Positions 48,905-58,416 of a stretch of DNA of 64,000 nucleotides are shown here, piece after piece (position 1 is the stretch's first letter; every line of letters starts with the position of its first letter). The translations under genes and the position numbers were made by a program. The stretch covers positions 192,001-256,000 of the forward strand of contig CAVTNB010000001.1 of NCBI GenBank assembly GCA_963736005.1. The letters are read 5' to 3'. The notes beneath the pieces were generated by a model. It was not told the origin of the DNA. It saw only the letters and a program-made list of their open reading frames with translations, and did no database searches. The DNA is from an uncultured Pseudomonadota bacterium. GTDB taxonomy: Bacteria > Vulcanimicrobiota > Vulcanimicrobiia > Eremiobacterales > Eremiobacteraceae.

Positions 48905-49980
48905 GGATCGTTGTCGACGGGTTGACCTACCCGATCATCGTTTCGACGAGTGGTGCGAGCGAGGCCGCAGAGATCGTCTCGCAGCGGAAAGGGCGCGCGT
49001 TCCTCGTGGCAGATAAAGCCGTGGCTGATCGCGCTCGGCTCGTCGCGCAGGCGCTGGCCGCGGTGGGGTGCGAGGTGTGCGGCGAACACGTCATGGCCGC
49101 CGGCGAGCGGCATAAGCGCTGGGCCTCGGTGGCCGCACTCCACGAGCGCATGCTCGAGGCGGGAGCAGAGCGCGATTGTGCTCTGGTTGCCGTTGGGGGC
49201 GGCACCCTGACGGACGTCGCAGGCTTCGCGGCCGCGACGTATCTGCGCGGTGTGCGCTGGGTTCCCGTGGCAACAACCCTCCTGGGGATGGTCGACGCTG
49301 CGATCGGGGGGAAGACCGGTGTGAACTTTTCCCAAGGGAAAAATCTCATCGGCGCGATGTGGCAACCTACAGCCGTCATAGCGGATCTTGGCGCGCTGGG
49401 CACCGTGCCAAAGGCATCGCTGCGAGACGGGATCGCCGAGATCATGAAGGCCGCGATTATTGGAGATCCGTCATTGCTCGAACGGGTGGAGCGCAGTACC
49501 AGCGACATGGACGATGCGGCATGGGCCCCGCTCGTTGCGGCCGCGGCATCGGTGAAGGTTCGCATCGTCGCCTCCGATCCAAATGACCGAGCGCAAAGAG
49601 CAGCACTCAACTTGGGTCACACGTTTGCCCACGCGTTCGAGCATGCGTCGCGGTATCGGCTTTCGCATGGGGCCGCCGTGGCTTTAGGATTGCGCGCGGC
49701 AGGCATGCTTGCGCGCGGTCGAACTGCGTGGAGCCAGCGCGACCAGCGCCGGGTCACAGACGCACTGAGGCGTTTTGGAATCAAGGTGCGGCTGTTCGGC
49801 CTGTCTTCGGACGCGATCATCGCCGCCATGAAAATGGACAAAAAACGCAGCGGTGGGGCGTCTCGGTTCGTTCTCCCCGTTCGCTTGGGTGAGGTAGCAA
49901 CCGGCGTCGAAGTGTCAGACGATGAAGTCCGCAGCGTCCTTGACGAACTCTCCAAAGCTCCGCTCCGACGCGGCTGGTGA
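48901..49980 (+). CDS. aroB: 3-dehydroquinate synthase
   Basis: 'GGG...D..GF.AATY.RG', 'DAAIGGKTGVN', 'LNLGHT..HA.E', 'HG.AV', 'DKK'. Confidence 0.96.
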   Translation: MRIVVDGLTYPIIVSTSGASEAAEIVSQRKGRAFLVADKAVADRARLVAQALAAVGCEVCGEHVMAAGERHKRWASVAALHERMLEAGAERDCALVAVGGGTLTDVAGFAAATYLRGVRWVPVATTLLGMVDAAIGGKTGVNFSQGKNLIGAMWQPTAVIADLGALGTVPKASLRDGIAEIMKAAIIGDPSLLERVERSTSDMDDAAWAPLVAAAASVKVRIVASDPNDRAQRAALNLGHTFAHAFEHASRYRLSHGAAVALGLRAAGMLARGRTAWSQRDQRRVTDALRRFGIKVRLFGLSSDAIIAAMKMDKKRSGGASRFVLPVRLGEVATGVEVSDDEVRSVLDELSKAPLRRGW

Positions 49981-49990
49981 GCATGCCCCT

Positions 49991-52375
49991 ATGACAGCCT
50001 CGGCCCAGTTCGTCGACGTCGTGCTCGACGTGCCGACGTCTGCGCTCAACACACCGTTCACCTACGCGGTCGGTGAGGAGACCCCCGCGCTTGGTGCGCG
50101 CGTTCGCGTGCCACTTGGGAAACGGTTTGTCGCCGGTTGGGTTGTGGGCGTGCGAACGGAGACTGGGGGTCTGCACGACGTTAAAGCGATCGACGAAATT
50201 CTGCAAGAGACGGCGATTCCCAGCGAAGCGATCGCGCTGGCGCAGTGGCTGAGCCGCCGCTATGCTTGCACGTTGCGCGAAGCTTTGGGGACGGTGGCAC
50301 CGCGAGGTCCACGCAACAACGAACGCTTCCAGTTCCTTCGAAAGCCCCTCGAACGCGACGCACAAGCTGCCGAGCTTTACCGACGCTTGGGCGAGAAGCA
50401 ATTCTCTGCACTGGCCGCTGCCCGGTTGCTCCGCAAGGCGAAGCTCGGATTGCCCCTCGGCGCCACCCGCCAGCGACTCATGCGTCTTGCCAACGAGGGG
50501 TTCGTGGCACGAGTGCGGGTACGCCCTCCCGGGAAGCCCAGAGCGAGGCCCGAGAAGCTTGTCGCGGTGTTAGACGATGCCTCTAAAGCGAAGGGATCCG
50601 CAGCACGACGTCTCGTGGAGGTGCTTGCAGACGCCGGAGGCTCGTTGCCTCTTGGCGATGCGAGAAAGCGCGCGCAAGCGAGCATGGCAACTGCGCGAAC
50701 GGCGGCCGCTGCCGGGGTGATTCGCCTTCACGAAACTGCGGCCAAGCAGCGTGGGGGCGCAGGAGCTCCAGTGACGATGGCGCTCACTCCGACGAGCGAA
50801 CAGCGAGCAGCGATCGATCGAATCGATAGCGCGATTGTGGGTGAACCGGTGACCGCGTTGCTTGAAGGCATAACCGGTTCGGGAAAAACGCTTGTCTATT
50901 CACGGCTCATCGACCGGGTGCGCGAGAGAGGAGGGAGGGCCATTGTGCTCGTCCCCGAGATCGCGCTGACGCCGCAGACCGCAGCTCGATTCGCAGAGGC
51001 ATTCGGAGCGAGCGTTGGGGTGCTGCACAGCGGCCTGTCCGCGTCGGAACGCGCGAAGGTTTGGCGAGACGCCACCTCGGGCGCGATCGACGTCGTTGTT
51101 GGCGCGCGCTCCGCAGCGTTTGCGCCACTCCCAAACCTTGCACTGATCGTTGTCGATGAGGAACACGAACCCTCCTACAAGCAAGACGTGGCACCCAGAT
51201 ATCACGCAGCCGCTGTCGCGATCGAGCGGATGAAAAGCGTTGGCGGAGCGGTCGTGCTGGGCAGCGCAACGCCGAGCCTCGAGACATATTGGAGCGCACT
51301 GCAGGGTCGCATCCTGCACGTGCGCCTCACACGCCGCGCAACTGCGGCGCCGCTGCCGGAGGTCGAGATCGTCGACATGACCGGCCAGCGCGGGCTGCTC
51401 GGCAAACGCGCAATCGGCACGACGCTTGCCGGCAAGCTCGAAAAGTGTCTGGCGCGTGGCGACAAAGCGCTCCTCTTCGTCAACCGAAGAGGTTACGCAG
51501 GGTTGCTCCTGTGCCGGAGCTGTGGATTCGCGCCGCATTGCCGACGCTGCGCCGTGTCACTTGTGGTTCATGCCGCGGATCGTTCGATGCGCTGCCATGT
51601 GTGTGGCGACGCATTTCAAATTTCCGCGCATTGCCCAAGATGCAAGGCGGCGGATTTGCGGCCGTTCGGTTTTGGCACCCAGCGCATAGAAGAAGAGGTG
51701 AAGGAGCTTTTTCCGAGCGCGCGCGTTGTTCGCATGGACTCGGACAGCACCGGAGCGCTGGGAGCGCACGAGAGGCTGTTGAGCGACTTCGCAAGCCAAG
51801 GCGACATCTTGATTGGCACGCAAATGATCGCCAAGGGGCTCGATTATCCATCGGTCACGCTCGTCGGTGCAGTGGCCGCGGACCAAGATTTGCATCGGCC
51901 CGACTTCCGAGCTGCCGAGCGAACGTTCGCGCTGCTCACGCAAGTGGCAGGACGGGCAGGACGAGCCGGCCCCGGTAGCTCCGTCGTCGTGCAGACCTAT
52001 GCGCCCGAGCATTATGCTATCGCGCTGGCCGCAAAACACGACTATACCGCATTTGCAGAAAAGGAACTGGAGGTCCGGCGAGAGTTGGCATATCCGCCGT
52101 TCGGACGAATCGCGTACCTTGTCGTCGCCGGTTTGGGCCAAGCAAACGTTGAGGAGGGAGCTCGCGAGCTCGCAACGCACGTGCGCGCCGCGGCGCGAGA
52201 CGTGGAGGTGCTGGGACCGGCGCCCGATGTCTTGGCGAAAGCGCGAGGAGAGTTTCGCATGAGAATCGCCATCAAATCTCAGACCGAGGAGGCTATGCTC
52301 GAGGCGTGTGCCGTTGCACAGCAGCGACGACTTCCTACCGGCGTTCGCTTGACCGTTATTGTTGATCCGCGGTAA
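49991..52375 (+). CDS. priA: Primosomal protein N'
   Basis: 'GITGSGKT.VY', 'VPEIALTPQ', DEEH, four CxxC, 'GTQMIAKGLD', 'QVAGRAGR'. Confidence 0.97.
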   Translation: MTASAQFVDVVLDVPTSALNTPFTYAVGEETPALGARVRVPLGKRFVAGWVVGVRTETGGLHDVKAIDEILQETAIPSEAIALAQWLSRRYACTLREALGTVAPRGPRNNERFQFLRKPLERDAQAAELYRRLGEKQFSALAAARLLRKAKLGLPLGATRQRLMRLANEGFVARVRVRPPGKPRARPEKLVAVLDDASKAKGSAARRLVEVLADAGGSLPLGDARKRAQASMATARTAAAAGVIRLHETAAKQRGGAGAPVTMALTPTSEQRAAIDRIDSAIVGEPVTALLEGITGSGKTLVYSRLIDRVRERGGRAIVLVPEIALTPQTAARFAEAFGASVGVLHSGLSASERAKVWRDATSGAIDVVVGARSAAFAPLPNLALIVVDEEHEPSYKQDVAPRYHAAAVAIERMKSVGGAVVLGSATPSLETYWSALQGRILHVRLTRRATAAPLPEVEIVDMTGQRGLLGKRAIGTTLAGKLEKCLARGDKALLFVNRRGYAGLLLCRSCGFAPHCRRCAVSLVVHAADRSMRCHVCGDAFQISAHCPRCKAADLRPFGFGTQRIEEEVKELFPSARVVRMDSDSTGALGAHERLLSDFASQGDILIGTQMIAKGLDYPSVTLVGAVAADQDLHRPDFRAAERTFALLTQVAGRAGRAGPGSSVVVQTYAPEHYAIALAAKHDYTAFAEKELEVRRELAYPPFGRIAYLVVAGLGQANVEEGARELATHVRAAARDVEVLGPAPDVLAKARGEFRMRIAIKSQTEEAMLEACAVAQQRRLPTGVRLTVIVDPR

Positions 52376-52386
52376 CTCAACTTGTC

Positions 52387-52452
52387 TGTAGCAGCGGACC
52401 TTGTGGTCCGCTCCATCGCGTAGGCAAGCGCACCTAAAGGTGCGCTGCTACA
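52387..52452. repeat. REPIN: inverted pair of family-A REPs
   Basis: TGTAGCAGCGGACCTTGTGGTCCGCT ... AGCGCACCTAAAGGTGCGCTGCTACA between convergent genes. Confidence 0.9.
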
Positions 52453-52462
52453 TTAACGCCTC

Positions 52463-53233
52463 TTAGAAGGAAGTGCCGAGACCGAGCGCCGTGCCGAAGT
52501 CGGATTTCGGCGAGGTGGCCGATGGAAGGCAACAATGCGCCGAGATGCCGAGCCGAAGAAAAAGTCCGCCTCCTCGCCGTGGAAAAAACATGAGTCCTGC
52601 TTGGCCCGCGAAAAGGGAAGAGGTCGCGCCGTTCGCTTGTACGTGCGGATAGAAGAAACCCGACGAGTATGGCGTGAGTTGACCCTGCAAACTCGGTAGT
52701 AGGGAATAGCCAAAGCCGAAGGTATTGACGTTGGCATTTATCGTGGAGCGCTGCGCGGACAGAAGGCCGATCCCAAAAGCCCAGCGAGAATCGTGCGGTT
52801 GGTAGAGTGCGCGGAGCTGCGCGTACGAGATAAGCGGCCTGTCGCCGCCGGCGATCCTGTAGTTCTCGTATGTCAAGGACGCCAGATACGAAGGTGCAAG
52901 CCGACCAAGCATGTCTACCCAGAATCCGGATTCGGTTGCTGAGCTAGGAAACGCAACTGGCGTCGACGTGCTGCCGGGCGTTGGCTGGATCATTCCCCCA
53001 CCGCCGGAACCCCACAAGTAACCGACGGCAACAAACCCGTTACCACCAACGCTGGTCGGCGTCGGTGACGGACTTGGAAAAGGATTAGATTGCACCCCAG
53101 CACTCGGGCCCAGGCTGGGTATCGGACTTGGAAAGGGATTCGCTGTCGGAGCCGCGTCGATCGGCAGCCCTGAGGCGACGAGCGCGAGCGCGAGAACTGC
53201 GAAAAAAGGAACGAGCGCGAAGAAGGGGCGCAC
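52463..53233 (-). CDS. Exported hypothetical protein, possible small outer-membrane beta-barrel
   Basis: Signal peptide, Pro-rich linker (NPFPSP twice), Gly/aromatic beta-strand pattern, C-terminal Phe. Confidence 0.6.
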   Translation of the reverse strand: MRPFFALVPFFAVLALALVASGLPIDAAPTANPFPSPIPSLGPSAGVQSNPFPSPSPTPTSVGGNGFVAVGYLWGSGGGGMIQPTPGSTSTPVAFPSSATESGFWVDMLGRLAPSYLASLTYENYRIAGGDRPLISYAQLRALYQPHDSRWAFGIGLLSAQRSTINANVNTFGFGYSLLPSLQGQLTPYSSGFFYPHVQANGATSSLFAGQAGLMFFPRRGGGLFLRLGISAHCCLPSATSPKSDFGTALGLGTSF

Positions 53234-53479
53234 TTAGCCCTTCTTTGCAGCCTGCTTCGCGAGACGCGATTTCTTTCGGTTTGCCTTGTTGCGGTGGATA
53301 ATGCCGCGTGCGGCCGCCTTATCATAGGCGGATGCGACGCCGCGAACAAGCTCTGATGAGGCGCCTTGCGCCGTCGCTTTCTTAAAGGACGACTTGAGCC
53401 TAGTTTTTACATCGAGGTTCCGTTTGCGCCGCTTCTCTGACGCACGAACCCATTTCTTTGCTGACTTGATATTGGGCAA
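53234..53479 (-). CDS. rpsT: 30S ribosomal protein S20
   Basis: 'MPNIKSAKK', 'DKAA..GIIH.NKA.RKKSRL'. Confidence 0.98.
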   Translation of the reverse strand: MPNIKSAKKWVRASEKRRKRNLDVKTRLKSSFKKATAQGASSELVRGVASAYDKAAARGIIHRNKANRKKSRLAKQAAKKG

Positions 53480-53619
53480 ATCGTTCCCCTCTACACACTG
53501 TGGTCAATGATGTTTGAGCGCTCGTACCTTCCTGCGCCCACGGCACTCCCCCTCCGGGGAAGTTCGAACCCAAATGCGGAAAGCCGCAGTGGGCACGGTT
53601 GTGCCCAAATGCAACAACA

Positions 53620-54453
53620 ATGCTCATTGTGCGCTTTATCGTTAGCCCCAGTCTCTTACCAGGCACAGTCGACGTGCTGCGGCGCTTGCTTGCAGAGTCT
53701 TTGCTCGCATGCGTGAGCGATGCGGACGTCAACGCAACGGTGGTATCGCTGCGCACGAGTGAAGATCGTGTGACGGCCGCAACGAGGGGCGTTGCCGAAG
53801 TCATCGGGGCCGCTCACACTGCCGGCCGTGCTTTTCGATTGGAGCTGCAGCACGACGACCCCGCATTTTTTACCGACGACATGCTGCGTGCCATTGCGGT
53901 TGATGTGCACGGCGTGTTGCGCTGCTCGATTTATGTTGCCAAGCGTTCGGTGCCGGTGTCCGATTGGGCGAAAACGCGCCCGATGGGCTGGGGCGCCGCG
54001 GGACTTGCCTTGGGCAACGCCTCGCCGGCCCTTCCCTTTGGTGGATCTGACGCGCTGGGGTTGGCAATCGAAGCCGGTGGGCAAACGACGATCGTGAAGG
54101 TGAAGCTTACCGGCAGTCTGGACGCCTCCGCGCTTCAAGCGATCGCCTCGGCGGCGGGGGGGACGGAGAATGGCTTCAGCGGGGTCGCTGCGTACCCGCT
54201 CGGCAACCGCAAGGATGCATCAGCGATATTGGTCTTGGAGTTAGGGGATCTGCGGCGCTCACCGCTGCATCGGGCCCTTGCGGTCATCGAGATTGAAGCC
54301 AAGCGTTTTGGGGCCAGTCTGGGACTCGGAGCGCTGCTCTCAAACGCACCGCTCGCCCTTTTTACCGATGCATTGAAGATGCACATGGGGTTGGCGGTCG
54401 ATCGGGGCCAAGTCATCGAAACGCATCTACCGGGCGCGATGGCGCAAAAGTAG
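53620..54453 (+). CDS. Divergent glutamate formiminotransferase-like protein
   Basis: C-terminal 'D.RRSPLHRA...IE.EAKRFG......L....P......A....L......QVIE..L' resembles the FtcD C-subdomain; N-terminal motifs absent. Confidence 0.55.
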   Translation: MLIVRFIVSPSLLPGTVDVLRRLLAESLLACVSDADVNATVVSLRTSEDRVTAATRGVAEVIGAAHTAGRAFRLELQHDDPAFFTDDMLRAIAVDVHGVLRCSIYVAKRSVPVSDWAKTRPMGWGAAGLALGNASPALPFGGSDALGLAIEAGGQTTIVKVKLTGSLDASALQAIASAAGGTENGFSGVAAYPLGNRKDASAILVLELGDLRRSPLHRALAVIEIEAKRFGASLGLGALLSNAPLALFTDALKMHMGLAVDRGQVIETHLPGAMAQK

Positions 54454-54457
54454 CGTC

Positions 54458-55333
54458 ATGCACTGGCCCCATCTGACGCTTTCGATCTGGGACCTGCTCG
54501 ACATTGGGCTGACCGCCTACTTTGTCTATCTCGTGTTGCTGATCATTCGGGGAACGCGCGGGATGCAAATCCTCCAGGGCATCGCGCTGCTGCTGTTGGC
54601 GCGCGCGGGAGCGCAATATTTTCATCTGTGGACGGTGTTCTCGCTCCTCAATGCGCTCCTGATTGTTTCCGGCGTTGCGCTTCCCATCGTGTTTCAACCA
54701 GAACTTCGCCGCGCGCTCGCACAACTTGGACGGGCAGGCTTCCATGAAGGACGCCCGCAGCCGAGCGAACCTGGCGCGGTCCAAGAACTGTGCACTGTGC
54801 TCGGCACGGCGGCCACGGTCTTATCGCGCAGTGCCATTGGCGCCATCATCGTTATCGAGCGCAACGCTGCCCTGGACGAGTACCTCGAGACAGGCACAAA
54901 AGTCGATGCCCTCTTGAGCGCAGAGGTGCTGCTCTCGCTCTTTTCGCCGCGCTCGCCGCTGCATGACGGAGCGGTCATCATCCGGCGCGACCGCGTGAGC
55001 GCTGCTGGTTGCTTCTTGCCTCTGTCTGAGGTCGTCTTGCTCGATCGGCGAATGGGAACAAGGCATCGCGCGGCGCTTGGCGTGACCGAACAGACGGACG
55101 CGCTCGCACTTGTCGTGTCCGAAGAGACGGGAGCAATTGCGATCGCAAAGGATGGACGGCTGGAGGAGCAGCCACAAAACGCCGAGGCCGTGTCGGCGGC
55201 GCTGCAGTCCTCTTTGTCGTGGACACGCAGTGCGAAACCCGGGCGCTTCACCATCGTCGACTATGCGCGGACGCTATTCCAGAGAGTGCATGTAGCGAAC
55301 AATGGACTGGATAAAACGAAACTTCGGTCTTAA
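54458..55333 (+). CDS. cdaA: Diadenylate cyclase CdaA (DacA)
   Basis: N-terminal TMs, 'FQPELRRAL', 'PLHDGA', 'GTRHRAA', 'VSEETG'. Confidence 0.96.
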   Translation: MHWPHLTLSIWDLLDIGLTAYFVYLVLLIIRGTRGMQILQGIALLLLARAGAQYFHLWTVFSLLNALLIVSGVALPIVFQPELRRALAQLGRAGFHEGRPQPSEPGAVQELCTVLGTAATVLSRSAIGAIIVIERNAALDEYLETGTKVDALLSAEVLLSLFSPRSPLHDGAVIIRRDRVSAAGCFLPLSEVVLLDRRMGTRHRAALGVTEQTDALALVVSEETGAIAIAKDGRLEEQPQNAEAVSAALQSSLSWTRSAKPGRFTIVDYARTLFQRVHVANNGLDKTKLRS

Positions 55334-55937
55334 GGTCGTCGCGGTGATCGCGGCGATCGTACTATGGTTCACGTTCAATTATCTCAGTTCTTCGCAGACG
55401 TTTACGAAGACACTGGAGGTGCCGCTTGCGCTGCACGGGGTGTCGAGCGGTCTGGTGGCGTCGACCGCCACGCAAGAAGTAACAGTGGAGCTCGCAGGTG
55501 CCAGGTCCGCCCTCGAAACCTTAGTACCAGAGGATTTCGTGGCGTATCTTGATTGCAGCGGCAAGCACGCCGGCACGTTTGCGCTGAGCGTTTCTGTTGT
55601 TGGTCCGGAAACAGATAAGCCGCTCTCGGTGACGCCGGCCACGGCGGTGGTTGTGCTTGACCAGTATGCGTACCGCCGCGTGCCAGTCATCGCCGATGAC
55701 AGCAGCGGCTCGACCGTGGCTGCCCAAATCGATCCAAAAACCCTCGTGGTGGCTGGGGGTCAGGCAGCGGTATCGCGGGTGTTTGCCGCGCAGGTGAGTA
55801 TCGCAACGGCAAGCGTCTCAAAGCCAATCACGGTGACCGTGAAGCCGGTCCCCGTGGATGTCCACCTGGTTGCGGTCGGCGGCGTGACAGTTGCGCCGGC
55901 CAGCGTGCGCGTGGCGATCGCGCCTGGAAAGACTTGA
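55302..55937 (+). CDS. cdaR: CdaR/YbbR-domain regulator
   Basis: 'N.GLK...V..AIVLW' anchor plus YbbR-like repeats; between cdaA and glmM. Confidence 0.88.
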   Translation: MDWIKRNFGLKVVAVIAAIVLWFTFNYLSSSQTFTKTLEVPLALHGVSSGLVASTATQEVTVELAGARSALETLVPEDFVAYLDCSGKHAGTFALSVSVVGPETDKPLSVTPATAVVVLDQYAYRRVPVIADDSSGSTVAAQIDPKTLVVAGGQAAVSRVFAAQVSIATASVSKPITVTVKPVPVDVHLVAVGGVTVAPASVRVAIAPGKT

Positions 55938-55944
55938 GGACCGC

Positions 55945-57279
55945 GTGAACCAGTTGTTCGGAACTGATGGTGTGCGCGGCGTCGCAAACGAGTTTTTGAC
56001 CCCTGAACTCGCCTTCGCGCTTGGTCGCGCCGGCGGTTACGTCTTGGCAACGCATGGCGATCGACGCCCGGTGGTCGTGGGGCGCGATACGCGGTGTTCC
56101 GGGCCGATGCTCGAGGCCGCGTTGTGTGCTGGCATTTGCTCGATCGGTCTCGACGTGCTGCAGCTGGGCATCGTTCCCACGCCGGGCGTGGCCCGACTGA
56201 CACGCTCGCTCGCTAGCGCAGCGGGCGTGATGATCTCAGCCTCGCACAATCCGATCCAGGACAATGGCATCAAGTTCTTCGCTTCAGATGGTTGCAAGTT
56301 ATCCGACGCCCTCGAGGACGAAATTGCCGCGCACGTCGCAGACGCGTCAGCGCTACCGCGACCACGTGGCGCCAAGGTTGGCACGATTTTGGACAAGCGG
56401 CGAGCCGTCCGCGATTACATGCTCCATTGCCAATCGCTCGGGAGAGATCTGAGCGGACGAACGGTCGTTATCGACGGCGCACACGGAGCTGCCTACGAGA
56501 TCGCTCCAAAAGTTTTCTCGCACCTTGGCGCGCGTGTCGTGAAGTTGCACTGCACGCCCAACGGTAAAAAAATAAACGTACGTTGCGGATCGACAGATCT
56601 TTCTCGGCTACGCCACGTCGTTGCCCTTCACCCCGGAAGCATTGGGATCGCCTTTGACGGCGATGCCGATCGCGCGTTGTTCATTGATGAAGACGGGCAG
56701 GAAATCACGGGAGATCACGTGCTTGCAATGCGCGCGAAAGATTTGTTGGGGCGCGATGAGTTGCCTCATCGGACCATCGTTGCAACGGTCATGAGCAACA
56801 TCGGACTCGAGACCGCCCTGCGCGAAATGAGTGTTTTGCTCGTTCGCACGCCCGTCGGCGACCGGTACGTCTTAGAGGAAATGCAGCGTGGCGGATTCCG
56901 TCTGGGTGGCGAGCAATCGGGGCACATCATCGATCTTGCGGCAAACACGACGGGAGACGGGATTGCAACCGCTGTCTCGGTCGTGAGTCTCGCCGCAGCA
57001 AACGGCAGGTTGGCTGACATCGCGAGTATCATGCGAGCGCAGCCGCAAGTGCTCGTCAATGTCAGCGTCGCCGACAAAGCTTGCATGGAGCACGGTGCAG
57101 TGCAAGAGCTCATTGCGCACGCGCAACAAAGGCTTGGCGCTCATGGGCGCATTTTGGTTCGCGCTTCGGGCACAGAGCCGCTCATTCGCGTGATGATCGA
57201 AGGGCAAGACGAACGAGAGATTCGCGAGCTCGCCCAAAAGGTAGCAGAAGGAATCCGACAAGCCGCGGTTGTTTCGTAA
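55945..57279 (+). CDS. glmM: Phosphoglucosamine mutase
   Basis: 'FGTDGVRG', 'ISASHNP', 'DGDADR', 'GGEQSGH', 'R.SGTEP'. Confidence 0.97.
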   Translation: MNQLFGTDGVRGVANEFLTPELAFALGRAGGYVLATHGDRRPVVVGRDTRCSGPMLEAALCAGICSIGLDVLQLGIVPTPGVARLTRSLASAAGVMISASHNPIQDNGIKFFASDGCKLSDALEDEIAAHVADASALPRPRGAKVGTILDKRRAVRDYMLHCQSLGRDLSGRTVVIDGAHGAAYEIAPKVFSHLGARVVKLHCTPNGKKINVRCGSTDLSRLRHVVALHPGSIGIAFDGDADRALFIDEDGQEITGDHVLAMRAKDLLGRDELPHRTIVATVMSNIGLETALREMSVLLVRTPVGDRYVLEEMQRGGFRLGGEQSGHIIDLAANTTGDGIATAVSVVSLAAANGRLADIASIMRAQPQVLVNVSVADKACMEHGAVQELIAHAQQRLGAHGRILVRASGTEPLIRVMIEGQDEREIRELAQKVAEGIRQAAVVS

Positions 57280-57436
57280 GAGGAATCTCGCGTCCCAAGT
57301 CCCAAGATGCCTGTCAGTGGACGTGATGGTCGGCACGGTAACTGCCGAGCCCGCGCCCGTATAATTATCGATAACCAAAGCCGGGAACTCCGGCAACTCT
57401 TCGCGTGAGACTGGCAGTTCAAGCCGGTTGCGCACA

Positions 57437-57575
57437 GCCAAGCCGAATCCACATCGAACGTTCTCGTTCGTGCGGAGCGGGGGAAACCCAGGTGACTCTG
57501 GGGTGAATCTGCAGGGTCGCAGAAGCGCTATCTTTCGGCGCTAACCCGTCAACTAACCCCGCAGGCGTTTGAGAG
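57437..57575 (+). ncRNA. c-di-AMP riboswitch (ydaO/yuaA)
   Basis: Conserved blocks in order: GCCGAATCC, GGAGCGGGGGAAACCCA, TGGGGTGAATC, AACCCGTCAACTAACCCCGCAGGC; upstream of a cell-wall hydrolase. Confidence 0.92.
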
Positions 57576-57580
57576 AGGAA

Positions 57581-58378
57581 ATGTTGCGAAAAGCTATCGC
57601 TGTTGTTTGCTGTAGTCTTTCCCTCAGTTTTTGTCTTGTAACCCACGCCAAAGCGGCACCCGCGACGTATACCGTCGCGCCCGGTGACACATTGTCGGCC
57701 ATTGCCGACCGATTCCATGTCAGCGTTGCGCAGATCGTTCGTCTGAATCATCTGCGGGATGCAAACGTTCTGGGCGAAGGCCAGATTCTGCACATTTCGG
57801 CACTCCCCAAGAAACGAAGTCCTGCGATGGCGATGCACAAGCATCGCCGTTTTGTTGCCTCGGCCAAGCACCGCAAGGTGCACGTCGCGGCGCAACCCGC
57901 GAATACGCCTGCGCAGGTCGCGGAGTTGCGGGGCTTGTGGGTAGCAACGCATACGGGGATGGCCCCGCCAAGCTTTGCGGCATCTTTTGCTGCGGCCCAG
58001 CGCGTCATCGCTTCGGAAGTACAACTTACCCGAACCGCGCTTCGCTATGTCGGCGTTCCATACGTCTGGGGTGGTGAATCGTTTGGCGGTGTTGACTGTT
58101 CGGGATTCGTGCAGGCGGTGTTTCGCCGAAACGGGATCGAGCTACCGCGCACAGCCGACGCGCAGTTTGAGGTGGGACGAAGAATCGCACAAGAAGGCCT
58201 GCAACCCGGCGACCTTGTTTTCTTTCAGACGTATGCCGAAGGCGCGTCACATGTTGGCATCTATCTGGGTGACGGCCGCTTCGTTCATGCCTCGGCATCC
58301 GACGGCGTGCGCGTCGACTCACTCTCTGACGACTACTATTCGAGCCGCTACCTTGGCGCTCGGAGAGAGGCGATTTAG
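57581..58378 (+). CDS. LysM + NlpC/P60 peptidoglycan endopeptidase
   Basis: Signal peptide, LysM 'YTVAPGDTLSAIA', 'GVPYVWGG...DCSG', 'HVGIY.G...FVHAS'. Confidence 0.96.
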   Translation: MLRKAIAVVCCSLSLSFCLVTHAKAAPATYTVAPGDTLSAIADRFHVSVAQIVRLNHLRDANVLGEGQILHISALPKKRSPAMAMHKHRRFVASAKHRKVHVAAQPANTPAQVAELRGLWVATHTGMAPPSFAASFAAAQRVIASEVQLTRTALRYVGVPYVWGGESFGGVDCSGFVQAVFRRNGIELPRTADAQFEVGRRIAQEGLQPGDLVFFQTYAEGASHVGIYLGDGRFVHASASDGVRVDSLSDDYYSSRYLGARREAI

Positions 58379-58416
58379 GCCGATCATCCGCCCAGGCAGC
58401 GCGTAGGATTCTTGTT

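Noticed and set aside
57280..57436. glmS ribozyme after glmM
   Set aside because: Only a TTATCGA word matches; the AGCGCC/GACGAGG core is missing and no glmS follows
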